A DNA stretch of 64,000 nt, from the NCBI RefSeq assembly GCF_013122565.1, contig NZ_CP053258.1; one strand, given 5' to 3'. The notes beneath the pieces are model-generated. The model saw only the letters and a program-made list of their open reading frames with translations. It was not told the origin of the DNA and searched no databases. The position numbers and the translations under genes are program-made. Shown piece after piece: positions 14,724 through 28,478 of this stretch; positions within the stretch are counted from its first letter, which is position 1, and every line of letters begins with the position of its first letter. This DNA comes from Escherichia coli. GTDB lineage: Bacteria; Pseudomonadota; Gammaproteobacteria; Enterobacterales; Enterobacteriaceae.

Positions 14724-15896
14724 TTAGCGAACAGCGCGGATGGCGTTAATTAATCCAGCCACACCTTTTTCCAGTTTCGAACGTGGGCAGCCGGCATTGA
14801 GTCGGACAAAACCACGACCTTCTTCACCGTAGGTATACCCCGGCATGATCGCGACTTTTTCTTGTTCGATAAGTGCTTTTTGCAACGCGTTGTCGTCAAT
14901 ATTCAATGGACGTAGATCAAGCCAGGCCAGATAAGTGGATTGCGGGATCTGCCAGTTGAGTTCAGGAAACGCGGCGTTCATTTTATCTGCGATATACGTC
15001 AGGTTATCTTTCAGATAGACGCGTAAGGCATCTAGCCACGGCGCGCCTTGCTGATAGGCGGCGATATGAGCAGTTAACGCCAGTACCGAAGGGGAAGAAA
15101 GCCCATCACGTCCTTTCAGTGCCGATAAATAGGCATCGCGACAACTGCTATTTTCTATAATCCCGTAAGCACCGGTCAGTGCGGGAATATTGAAACTTTT
15201 CGATCCCGACGTTAGCAACGCCCAGTCTCCCCGCGCCACATTACTCCAGGGAATATGCGGCTGCTTGCCCCAAACCATATCCATATGGATTTCATCGGAA
15301 ATAACCCTCACACCATGACGCTCGCACAGGTCAGCCATGATCTCCAGCTCATCGCACGTCCACACTTTCCCGGTAGGATTCTGTGGACTACACAGGAGCA
15401 TAATTTTACATTCTGGTTTCGCCAACACGGCTTCCAGCTTGCCCATATCGCAAAACCAGCCGTCAGCCTGCTTCTCTAAAGCAACGGGCATTACTGTGCG
15501 CTGATTACCTTCAATGGCCTTGTAAAATGCGTCATAGGCGGGTGTGTGGATCACCACGCCTTCACCTGTTTCAGACCACTGACGAATCAGTTCTGAAACC
15601 ATATAGATGACAGAAGGGCCATACACCACCGACTGAGGATCGATGGCGGTGTAATGCTGGGTGGAAAACCAGTGGGCAATAGCCGCGAGAAACTCATCGT
15701 TTTTCCAGCGGCTGTAGCCAAACACGCCGTGCATCAGGCGCTGATTCAGCGCCTCGATAATACAGGGGGCAGTGGCAAAATCCATGTCTGAAATCGTGAA
15801 AGGTAACAGGTCAGCAGTGCCGAAACGGTCAGCGACATAATCCCACTGCGTACACCATGTGCCATGACGATCCACGACCTTTGAAAAATCGAACAT
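14724..15896 (-). CDS. malY: PLP-dependent cystathionine beta-lyase / MalT-inhibiting protein
   Basis: 390 aa with the aminotransferase class I/II fold (SGSKSFN lysine region). Matches E. coli MalY. Confidence 0.94.
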   Translation of the reverse strand: MFDFSKVVDRHGTWCTQWDYVADRFGTADLLPFTISDMDFATAPCIIEALNQRLMHGVFGYSRWKNDEFLAAIAHWFSTQHYTAIDPQSVVYGPSVIYMVSELIRQWSETGEGVVIHTPAYDAFYKAIEGNQRTVMPVALEKQADGWFCDMGKLEAVLAKPECKIMLLCSPQNPTGKVWTCDELEIMADLCERHGVRVISDEIHMDMVWGKQPHIPWSNVARGDWALLTSGSKSFNIPALTGAYGIIENSSCRDAYLSALKGRDGLSSPSVLALTAHIAAYQQGAPWLDALRVYLKDNLTYIADKMNAAFPELNWQIPQSTYLAWLDLRPLNIDDNALQKALIEQEKVAIMPGYTYGEEGRGFVRLNAGCPRSKLEKGVAGLINAIRAVR

Positions 15897-15905
15897 ATCT
15901 TATCC

Positions 15906-17498
15906 TTATGCCTGGACAGTATGCATCAGACCGGCCATTTCATCTTTTACTGACTGAACTTGTGGCCCGATAACAACCTGCAGGTTATGTTGATTAAGTT
16001 GTACTACGCCAATTGCCCGATTGTCCTTCAGTGCCTGCACATTAACAAGCGACATATCTTTCACAGACAAACGCAGACGGGTAATGCAGTTATCCAGGCT
16101 AACAATATTGTCGGCACCGCCTAATGCTTCGAGGATTGCAGGAACGTTGTAACCTGATTTACCCGGCGCACCGGCAACGGCTTTTTCGATTGAACTGGCA
16201 ACTTCGCTATCGCGTCCCGGGGTTTTCAGATTGAAGCGGGTGATAGCGAAACGGAAGATGACGTAGTAAACGACAAACCAGATTGCCGCCACCACTGGCA
16301 CCATGTACCACTTGGTTGACAGACCATGCAAAATACCGAACACCACAAAGTCGATGATATTGCCGTCGGTATTACCGATGGTGACGCCGAGCACAGACAT
16401 GACGGTGAAGCCGAGGCCGGTTAACAGCGCGTGGATGACATACAGAACTGGCGCTACGAACAGAAACAGGAATTCCAGCGGTTCGGTCGTGCCACCAACG
16501 ACACAGGCGATCAGGCCAGAAATCAGCAGACCTTTAATTTTATGGCGATTTTCCGGGCGCGCACAGTGAAACATCGCTAACGCTGCACCTGGCAGACCGC
16601 CGAGAAACGCAGGCATTTTGCCTTGCGAAAGGAAACGCGTGGCGCTTTCAGAAAAACCGTGAGTGGTCGGGCAACTCAATTGAGCCTGGAAGATGGTCAG
16701 TGCGCCGCTGACGGTTTGACCGCAGACTTCCTGCGTGCCGCCTGCATCGGTAAAGCGAATTAATGCCACCAGAATGTGATGCAGACCAAACGGCAACAGC
16801 AGACGTTCACCGGTACCAAACAGCATCGGTCCGAAATCACCCGCGCTATTGATCATATGGCCTAAGCCGCTAATACCCATGGCGAAAATCGGCCAGACTA
16901 ATGGAATCACCAGGCCGACAAGGCCCATCACCAGCGAGGAGATGATTGGTACGAAGCGCGTACCTCCAAAGAATGCCAGCGCATCCGGCAGGCGGATATT
17001 ATGGAATCGCTCATGCAGCATCCAGACGATAATACCGGCGATCACCGCACCGAGGATCCCGGTGTCGATCGACTGGATCCCAAGAATGCTCTGGATGTTA
17101 TTGGCTTTCAGAACGGCGGCGTCTGTGGTTGGCAGAATGCCTTTATTGGTCAACCAGAAGTTTACCGCGAGGTTCATTACCGCATAACCGACGAAGCCAG
17201 CGAATGCCGCTACGCCTTTGTTTTCGCGTGCCAGGCCCAGCGGGATGGCGATACAGAACATGACTGGCAGGAAACTAAAAGCAAACGAGCCAATCTTACT
17301 CATCCAGGTAAAGATAGCCTGCAACACGGGGTTGCCCAGGACCGGGATTAGGGTGATGACATCGTGGCTACTAAGGGAACTACCAATGCCGAGCATAATG
17401 CCGCAGAACGACAATAATGCCACGGGTAACATGAAGGTTTTGCCTAACTGCTGGAAGAACTCCCACAGCGTGACTTTCGGTGCTGTTTTCGCCGTCAT
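15906..17498 (-). CDS. malX: PTS EIICB component (maltose/glucose-like)
   Basis: 530 aa counted from the ATG at 17498 (MTAKTAPKVTLWEFF...), which is preceded by GAGGAG. It has an EIIC membrane domain plus an EIIB Cys motif (NCITRLR). The 651-aa ORF is an upstream extension. Confidence 0.92.
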   Translation of the reverse strand: MTAKTAPKVTLWEFFQQLGKTFMLPVALLSFCGIMLGIGSSLSSHDVITLIPVLGNPVLQAIFTWMSKIGSFAFSFLPVMFCIAIPLGLARENKGVAAFAGFVGYAVMNLAVNFWLTNKGILPTTDAAVLKANNIQSILGIQSIDTGILGAVIAGIIVWMLHERFHNIRLPDALAFFGGTRFVPIISSLVMGLVGLVIPLVWPIFAMGISGLGHMINSAGDFGPMLFGTGERLLLPFGLHHILVALIRFTDAGGTQEVCGQTVSGALTIFQAQLSCPTTHGFSESATRFLSQGKMPAFLGGLPGAALAMFHCARPENRHKIKGLLISGLIACVVGGTTEPLEFLFLFVAPVLYVIHALLTGLGFTVMSVLGVTIGNTDGNIIDFVVFGILHGLSTKWYMVPVVAAIWFVVYYVIFRFAITRFNLKTPGRDSEVASSIEKAVAGAPGKSGYNVPAILEALGGADNIVSLDNCITRLRLSVKDMSLVNVQALKDNRAIGVVQLNQHNLQVVIGPQVQSVKDEMAGLMHTVQA

Positions 17499-17512
17499 AA
17501 AACGACTCCTCA

Positions 17513-18701
<1,189 letters not shown>

Positions 18702-18762
18702 CCCTCTCTTTATCTGCTATACCTGGTAGTGTCCTTTCCTCAAGGTTAATGATAAAAAATGT

Positions 18763-18790
18763 GGCACACAGGCGGTGCCTTTTATTTTTA
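18763..18790 (+). terminator. Possible malI terminator
   Basis: Short stem ggcac/gtgcc followed by tttttattttt. The stem is weak and the U-tract is good. Confidence 0.4.
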
Positions 18791-18812
18791 CTGAAGTTCA
18801 CAGGAGGTTTAT

Positions 18813-19580
18813 GTGTTTAATTCTGACAACCTGAGACTCGACGGAAAATGCGCCATCATCACAGGTGCGGGAGCAGGTATTGGTAAAGAAATCGCCATTA
18901 CATTCGCGACAGCTGGCGCATCTGTGGTGGTCAGTGATATTAACGCCGACGCAGCTAACCATGTTGTAGACGAAATTCAACAACTGGGTGGTCAGGCATT
19001 TGCCTGCCGTTGTGATATTACTTCCGAACAGGAACTCTCTGCACTGGCAGACTTTGCCGTCAGTAAGCTGGGTAAAGTTGATATCCTGGTTAACAACGCC
19101 GGTGGCGGTGGACCTAAACCGTTTGATATGCCAATGGCGGATTTTCGCCGTGCTTATGAACTGAATGTGTTTTCTTTTTTCCATCTGTCACAACTTGTTG
19201 CGCCAGAAATGGAAAAAAATGGCGGTGGCATTATTCTGACCATCACTTCTATGGCGGCAGAAAATAAAAATATAAACATGACTTCTTATGCATCATCTAA
19301 AGCTGCGGCCAGTCATCTGGTCAGAAATATGGCGTTTGACCTGGGTGAAAAAAATATTCGGGTAAATGGCATTGCGCCGGGGGCAATATTAACCGATGCC
19401 CTGAAATCCGTTATTACACCAGAAATTGAACAAAAAATGTTACAGCACACGCCGATCAGACGTCTGGGCCAACCGCAAGATATTGCTAACGCAGCTCTGT
19501 TCCTTTGCTCGCCTGCAGCCAGCTGGGTAAGCGGACAAATTCTCACCGTCTCCGGTGGTGGGGTACAGGAGCTCAATTAA
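18813..19580 (+). CDS. hdhA: 7-alpha-hydroxysteroid dehydrogenase (SDR family)
   Basis: 255 aa with a GTG start preceded by AGGAGG. It has TGAGAGIG cofactor and YASSK catalytic motifs. Matches E. coli HdhA. Confidence 0.94.
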   Translation: MFNSDNLRLDGKCAIITGAGAGIGKEIAITFATAGASVVVSDINADAANHVVDEIQQLGGQAFACRCDITSEQELSALADFAVSKLGKVDILVNNAGGGGPKPFDMPMADFRRAYELNVFSFFHLSQLVAPEMEKNGGGIILTITSMAAENKNINMTSYASSKAAASHLVRNMAFDLGEKNIRVNGIAPGAILTDALKSVITPEIEQKMLQHTPIRRLGQPQDIANAALFLCSPAASWVSGQILTVSGGGVQELN

Positions 19581-19681
19581 TACACTAACGAACCGGTAAA
19601 CAGCCGTATGTGTTGTTTACCGGGATAGCGTGTGCAATTCATCAACGTCTCTGCTAAACAACTGGCAGCCAAATTACGGCT

Positions 19682-19695
19682 ATTGGTTAACCAAT
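19682..19695. promoter_or_regulatory. UxuR/ExuR-type operator candidate upstream of uidR
   Basis: Perfect palindrome attggttaaccaat, 114-127 bp upstream of the uidR ATG. It resembles the hexuronate-regulon box AAATTGGTATACCAATTT as I recall it. Confidence 0.5.
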
Positions 19696-19808
19696 AACTG
19701 GATGAAAAGCATACGAATAGAGTGTGCCTTCGCACTATTCAACAGCAATGATAGGCGCTCACCTGACAACGCGGTAAACTAGTTATTCATGCTAACTATA
19801 ATGATTTA

Positions 19809-20399
19809 ATGATGGATAACATGCAGACTGAAGCACAACCGACACGGACCCGGATCCTCAATGCTGCCAGAGAGATTTTTTCAGAAAATGGATTTCACAG
19901 TGCCTCGATGAAAGCCATCTGTAAATCTTGCGCCATTAGTCCCGGGACGCTCTATCACCATTTCATCTCCAAAGAAGCCTTGATTCAGGCGATTATCTTA
20001 CAGGACCAGGAGAGGGCGCTGGCCCGTTTTCGGGAACCGATTGAAGGGATTCATTTTGTTGACTATATGGTTGAGTCTATTGTCTCTCTCACCCATGAAG
20101 CCTTTGGGCAACGGGCGCTGGTGGTCGAAATTATGGCGGAAGGGATGCGTAACCCACAGGTCGCCGCCATGCTTAAAAATAAGCATATGACGATCACGGA
20201 GTTTGTTGCCCAACGGATGCGTGATGCCCAGCAAAAAGGCGAAATAAGCCCAGAAATCAACACGGCAATGACTTCACGTTTACTGCTGGATCTGACCTAC
20301 GGTGTACTGGCCGATATCGAAGCGGAAGACCTGGCGCGCGAAGCGTCGTTTGCTCAGGGATTACGCGCGATGATTGGCGGTATCTTAACCGCATCCTGA
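19809..20399 (+). CDS. uidR: TetR-family repressor of the glucuronide operon
   Basis: 196 aa with an N-terminal TetR HTH (RILNAAREIFSENGFHSASMKAICKSCAISPGTLYHHF). Matches E. coli UidR. Confidence 0.93.
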   Translation: MMDNMQTEAQPTRTRILNAAREIFSENGFHSASMKAICKSCAISPGTLYHHFISKEALIQAIILQDQERALARFREPIEGIHFVDYMVESIVSLTHEAFGQRALVVEIMAEGMRNPQVAAMLKNKHMTITEFVAQRMRDAQQKGEISPEINTAMTSRLLLDLTYGVLADIEAEDLAREASFAQGLRAMIGGILTAS

Positions 20400-20700
20400 T
20401 CCTCTTATTTCGCGGGCTGGTGATAACTGTGCCCGCGTTTCATATCGTAATTTCTCTGTGCAAAAATTATCCTCCCCGGGTTTGGAGAATTCCCCCCAAA
20501 ATATTCACCATAGCCATATGTCATGAGAGTTTATCGTTCCTAATACGCCCGAACGAACGTTCGATTGCTTATTTTATGGCTTCTGTCAACGCTGTTTTAA
20601 AGATTAATGCGATCAATATCACGCTGTGGGTATTGCAGTTTTTGGTTTTTTGATCGCGGTGTCAGTTCTTTTTATTTCCATTTCTCTTCCATGGGTTTCT

Positions 20701-23967
<3,267 letters not shown>

Positions 23968-24005
23968 TATTCAATAAAAATAATCAGAACATCAAAGGTG
24001 CAACT

Positions 24006-25271
24006 ATGAGAAAAATAGTGGCCATGGCCGTTATTTGCCTGACGGCTGCCTCTGGCCTTACCTCTGCTTACGCGGCGCAACTGGCTGACGATGAAGCGGG
24101 ACTACGCATCAGACTGAAAAACGAATTGCGCAGGGCTGATAAGCCCAGTGCTGGCGCGGGAAGAGATATTTACGCATGGGTACAGGGAGGATTGCTCGAT
24201 TTCAATAGTGGTTATTATTCCAATATTATTGGCGTTGAAGGCGGAGCGTATTATGTTTATAAATTAGGTGCTCGTGCTGATATGAGTACCCGGTGGTATC
24301 TTGATGGTGATAAAAGTTTTGGCTTTGCCCTGGGGGCAGTAAAAATAAAACCCAGTGAAAATAGCCTGCTTAAATTAGGTCGCTTCGGGACGGATTATAG
24401 TTATGGTAGCTTACCTTATCGTATTCCGTTAATGGCTGGCAGTTCGCAACGTACATTACCGACAGTTTCTGAAGGAGCATTAGGTTATTGGGCTTTAACG
24501 CCAAATATTGATCTGTGGGGAATGTGGCGTTCACGAGTATTTTTATGGACCGATTCAACAACCGGTATTCGTGATGAAGGGGTGTATAACAGCCAGACGG
24601 GAAAATACGATAAACATCGCGCACGTTCTTTTTTAGCCGCCAGTTGGCATGATGATACCAGTCGCTATTCTCTGGGGGCATCGGTACAGAAAGATGTTTC
24701 CAGTCAGATACAAAGTATTCTCGAGAAAAGCATACCGCTCGACCCGAATTATACGTTGAAAGGAGAGTTGCTCGGCTTTTACGCGCAACTCGAAGGTTTA
24801 AGTCGTAATACCAGCCAGCCCAATGAAACGGCGTTGGTTAGTGGACAATTGACCTGGAATGCGCCGTGGGGAAGCGTATTTGGCAGTGGTGGTTATTTGC
24901 GCCATGCAATGAATGGTGCCGTGGTGGATACCGACATTGGCTATCCCTTTTCATTAAGTCTTGATCGTAACCGTGAAGGAATGCAGTCCTGGCAATTGGG
25001 CGTCAACTATCGTTTAACTCCGCAATTTACACTGACATTTGCACCGATTGTGACTCGCGGCTATGAATCCAGTAAACGAGATGTGCGGATTGAAGGCGCG
25101 GGTATCTTAGGTGGTATGAACTATCGGGTCAGCGAAGGGCCGTTACAGGGGATGAATTTCTTTCTTGCTGCCGATAAAGGGCGGGAAAAGCGCGATGGCA
25201 GTACGCTGGGCGATCGCCTGAATTACTGGGATGTGAAAATGAGCATTCAGTATGACTTTATGCTGAAGTAA
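24006..25271 (+). CDS. uidC: Outer-membrane glucuronide-facilitating porin
   Basis: 421 aa with the signal peptide MRKIVAMAVICLTAASGLTSAYA. The protein is beta-rich and ends in an aromatic-rich C-terminus (YDFMLK). Confidence 0.92.
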   Translation: MRKIVAMAVICLTAASGLTSAYAAQLADDEAGLRIRLKNELRRADKPSAGAGRDIYAWVQGGLLDFNSGYYSNIIGVEGGAYYVYKLGARADMSTRWYLDGDKSFGFALGAVKIKPSENSLLKLGRFGTDYSYGSLPYRIPLMAGSSQRTLPTVSEGALGYWALTPNIDLWGMWRSRVFLWTDSTTGIRDEGVYNSQTGKYDKHRARSFLAASWHDDTSRYSLGASVQKDVSSQIQSILEKSIPLDPNYTLKGELLGFYAQLEGLSRNTSQPNETALVSGQLTWNAPWGSVFGSGGYLRHAMNGAVVDTDIGYPFSLSLDRNREGMQSWQLGVNYRLTPQFTLTFAPIVTRGYESSKRDVRIEGAGILGGMNYRVSEGPLQGMNFFLAADKGREKRDGSTLGDRLNYWDVKMSIQYDFMLK

Positions 25272-25276
25272 GAAAA

Positions 25277-25302
25277 ACGCCGGAGAGAAAATTCTCCGGC
25301 GT
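25277..25302 (+). terminator. Hairpin 5 nt downstream of uidC
   Basis: acgccggagagaaaattctccggcgt, with a 10-bp stem, followed by ttcag. Confidence 0.55.
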
Positions 25303-25334
25303 TTCAGATTGTTGACAAAGTGCGCGTTTTTTAT

Positions 25335-25432
25335 GCCGGATGCGGCGTAAACGCCTTATCCAGCCTACAAAAGCTCATAAATTCAAAATGTTGCAGGAAA
25401 AGGTAGGCCTGATAAGCGTAGCGCATCAGGCA
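25335..25432. repeat. BIME: two REP elements in inverted orientation
   Basis: gccggatgcggcgtaaacgccttatccagcctac (25335-25368) and gtaggcctgataagcgtagcgcatcaggca (25403-25432) are both classical E. coli REP sequences. Confidence 0.85.
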
Positions 25433-25457
25433 ATCTCTGGTTTGTAATCAGACGAAT

Positions 25458-25483
25458 ACGCCGGAGTGAAAATTCTCCGGCGT
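25458..25483 (-). terminator. Hairpin 13 nt downstream of ydgA
   Basis: acgccggagtgaaaattctccggcgt, identical to the 25277 hairpin except for one loop base. Confidence 0.5.
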
Positions 25484-25495
25484 TTTGGCCGTGAA

Positions 25496-27004
25496 TTACT
25501 GCTGCGGAATTGCCGGTACAGCCGGAACGTTAAGAGCTGGCATCGCAAACATGCCAACAAAATCTTCTAACGACATTTTCTGCCCGTTTAACGTGATCTG
25601 ACCGTTAGTATATTGCAGGCTGGTGGTGATGGTATTGTCCTGCAAGGTGGTCAGACGGAACATCTGCCCCATTGCTGATGCACCTTCAACTTGCTGTTTC
25701 GCCAGTTTTTTCGCTTGATCTTCCTGATAACCTTCCAGCTTCGCTACCTGAGTCATCAACTCAGTTGCCATATCCACCGGAATGGTCAGTTTCGCATCCA
25801 GAGATTTAACCGAACGATCTACTTCCTGCGCCAGCGTTTGCGGCGCTTCTTTAGTCGTTGCCGGATCTTTCAGGAACAGCGACAGATTCAGTGCACTTTC
25901 ACCCTGACTGTTTTTCCAGCTTAGTGGCGCGATAGTAATCACCGGATCGCCTTTCAACATCAGCGGCAGGGCGCTAAAGAAGGCTTCCGTCACTTTCTCC
26001 TGATAAAGTTCTGGATTGTTGGCAATTTCTGGCTGTGCCAGCAGCGCCTGAGTTTGCGCGTTATATTGCTGGCTAAACTGATGCCAGGCTTCGCCATCAA
26101 TTTGGCCGACTTTTAAAGTCAGCTTGCCGCTGCCCAGATCCTGATTCTGTACCTTCAGGCTGTTTAGCGAGTAATCCAGTTGGCTATTGATCGTTTTACC
26201 GTCATTGACCAGATCCGATTTACCGCTGATCTCCATGCCTTCCAGCAGTGCCAGTTCTTTGCCTTCCACTGAAATGGTCATTTTTTCCAGTGACAGTTTT
26301 TGATTTCCTACGCGCTCACCAAAACTTGCCAGCGTGCTGGAACCGTCGGTTTTCAGATTATTAAAGGTCAACTGTACTTTCTGGTTGTATTCGTTAACCG
26401 CGTCTATCCGACCACTTTGCGCCTCCCCGGAAAGGGAGATAGCTTTGCCGTCTCTGTCTGCATTTAACTGGAACTCGCCGCCGCTAAAGGCGACTTTTTC
26501 ATCCTTTTGCTCGTAATTCAGTGGCTTGAGCGAAATATCGGAACTGGAATCTCCGCTGTAACCAATGCGGGAGTTAATCTCAAAAGGCGTTTCACCTTTT
26601 GCCATATCAAACAGTGGCTTGCTAACTTCATTATTAACCAGCGTGGTTTGAATTGATGCCATCGACGGGATCAGGTTCAGTTTTTTTAGCTGGGCAAGGG
26701 GGAAGGGACCATGATCAACCGATTCGTTGAAGATGACGCTCTGACCGCTTTTAATCCACGGATTTTCTTTCCCGGCAATGGGTTTCACCAACAGTTGCAG
26801 CTGACTGCTGAATACGCCGCGATGATAGTTTTGATAACTCACTTCCAGGTTGGATTCAGGAGCGGTCAGTTTGAGTTGCGCGTTCGCCTGCGCGACCATG
26901 TCTTCGAGATGGGTTTCAATCTTCTTGCCTGTATACCATGCGCCGCCTGTCCAGACTACGCCTAGCGCAACAATGACGCCTACCGCTACCAGCGATTTAT
27001 TCAT
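25496..27004 (-). CDS. ydgA: DUF945-family membrane-anchored periplasmic protein
   Basis: 502 aa with an N-terminal TM (LVAVGVIVALGVVWTGGAWY). Matches E. coli YdgA. Confidence 0.9.
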   Translation of the reverse strand: MNKSLVAVGVIVALGVVWTGGAWYTGKKIETHLEDMVAQANAQLKLTAPESNLEVSYQNYHRGVFSSQLQLLVKPIAGKENPWIKSGQSVIFNESVDHGPFPLAQLKKLNLIPSMASIQTTLVNNEVSKPLFDMAKGETPFEINSRIGYSGDSSSDISLKPLNYEQKDEKVAFSGGEFQLNADRDGKAISLSGEAQSGRIDAVNEYNQKVQLTFNNLKTDGSSTLASFGERVGNQKLSLEKMTISVEGKELALLEGMEISGKSDLVNDGKTINSQLDYSLNSLKVQNQDLGSGKLTLKVGQIDGEAWHQFSQQYNAQTQALLAQPEIANNPELYQEKVTEAFFSALPLMLKGDPVITIAPLSWKNSQGESALNLSLFLKDPATTKEAPQTLAQEVDRSVKSLDAKLTIPVDMATELMTQVAKLEGYQEDQAKKLAKQQVEGASAMGQMFRLTTLQDNTITTSLQYTNGQITLNGQKMSLEDFVGMFAMPALNVPAVPAIPQQ

Positions 27005-27016
27005 AATGATTATCCA

Positions 27017-27047
27017 TAAAATGAAATCAGGCGGACTGGCCGCCTGA
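27017..27047 (-). terminator. Probable manA terminator
   Basis: On the minus strand the stem tcaggcgg/ccgcctga is followed by tttcatttta. Confidence 0.55.
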
Positions 27048-27104
27048 AGGTGTTATAAGCCTTTAATAAGCTTAGCAAGAGATGTTAATTTTTTCAGTAA
27101 GCTC

Positions 27105-28280
27105 TTACAGCTTGTTGTAAACACGCGCTAAACGGCCGTGGCCTTTGACAGTCACCGGTGATTCGTTGGCGGCAATAAACGCTGATTCACCCGATTTAAG
27201 CTGTAACTGCTGAGAACCTTTCCACAACGTTGCATCGCCTTCGACGCAGAACAAAATGGCGGCACTCTGCTGGCTAATGGTGGTTTCTTTATCACTAAGG
27301 TCATGCAGCGAGAAGGCAAAATCATCCACAGGAATCGGGAAGTCCAGTTCTGCACCTTGTTTCACCGGCTGGGTCAACAACTGGTTAGCCGGTTTGGCTT
27401 CGAACTTCACATTGGCAACCAGTTCCGGAATATCAATGTATTTAGGCGTCAGACCCGCACGCAGCACGTTATCGGAGTTCGCCATCACTTCCAGCGCCAC
27501 GCCTTGCAGGTAAGCGTGCGGCGTTTCAGCGAACAGGAACATCGCTTCGCCAGGATTCAATTTCACCACATTCAGCAACAGCGGGGAGAACAGACCGCTG
27601 TCATCCGGGTAAAATTCAGAAATTAAACGAATCGTTTGCCACGGTTCACCCTGCTGACTGTCGAGCGCCGATTTTAAAATCGCCAGCGCGCGGGATTTTT
27701 CTTCACCCTGCATATTCAACAGGCTGGCGAACAGTTCGCTTAAACGTTCGGCATTAGGCTGTTGTAAAAAGTGAGCAATTGCCGGATGTGCACCTGCGAC
27801 TGGCTGGAGTAGGGAGACAATCTCGGAAAACTCACGAAACGCGTTCATCGCAAGGAAAGGCGTCAGCGCAAAAACCAGCTCCGGCTTGTGGTTAGGATCT
27901 TTATAGTTACGCTCGGCGGCATCCATCGGGATACCTGCGGCATTTTCTTTGGCAAAACCGATTTCAGAATTGCGTTTGTTTGGATGAACCTGAATGGAGA
28001 GCGGCTGTGCTGCGCATAATACTTTGAACAGGAAAGGCAGTTCGCCAAAGCGTTTGGCAACGGCCTCTCCGAGCAGAGTCGATTTATCACTCTCAATCAC
28101 ATCACGCAGTGAAACGATATCTCCGGCGGCATTCTGCACTCGTGAACTGCTTTTCGGATGTGCGCCCATCCACAGCTCGGCCATCGGCTGGCTGGACGGA
28201 TTTTCCATACCATAAAGTTCAGTCAACGCCGTTTTGCTGCCCCAGGCATAGTTTTGCACTGAGTTAATGAGTTTTTGCAT
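27105..28280 (-). CDS. manA: Mannose-6-phosphate isomerase, type I
   Basis: 391 aa counted from the ATG at 28280 (MQKLINSVQNYAWGSKTALTELYG). The zinc-site contexts ELWMGAHP and IQVHP are present. The 417-aa ORF is an upstream extension. Confidence 0.94.
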   Translation of the reverse strand: MQKLINSVQNYAWGSKTALTELYGMENPSSQPMAELWMGAHPKSSSRVQNAAGDIVSLRDVIESDKSTLLGEAVAKRFGELPFLFKVLCAAQPLSIQVHPNKRNSEIGFAKENAAGIPMDAAERNYKDPNHKPELVFALTPFLAMNAFREFSEIVSLLQPVAGAHPAIAHFLQQPNAERLSELFASLLNMQGEEKSRALAILKSALDSQQGEPWQTIRLISEFYPDDSGLFSPLLLNVVKLNPGEAMFLFAETPHAYLQGVALEVMANSDNVLRAGLTPKYIDIPELVANVKFEAKPANQLLTQPVKQGAELDFPIPVDDFAFSLHDLSDKETTISQQSAAILFCVEGDATLWKGSQQLQLKSGESAFIAANESPVTVKGHGRLARVYNKL

Positions 28281-28478
28281 GATCAATCCCTGTTTTAATG
28301 TGGAAATTAATCCCGCTATTAAAGCAAGAATCCTACGGGAAGTAACCTGGAGCCGCAAAAAGTCGTACTAGTCTCAGTTTTTGTTAAAAAAGTGTGTAGG
28401 ATATTGTTACTCGCTTTTAACAGGGCAACGGAACACCCGCCCAGAGCATAACCAAACCAGGCAGTAAGTGAGAGAACA

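Noticed and set aside
19593-19623. A hairpin, ccggtaaaca...tgtttaccgg, downstream of hdhA that could be a terminator.
   Set aside because: The 10-bp stem is good but no U-tract follows it (gatagcg). It may be a stabilising 3' structure or Rho-dependent, so it is not called as an intrinsic terminator.
20420-20653. A 77-aa + strand ORF between uidR and uidA.
   Set aside because: It starts with a non-ATG codon (gtg at 20420) immediately after uidR and has no RBS. The sequence is low-complexity and hydrophobic without a clear TM pattern. The region is the uidA regulatory spacer.
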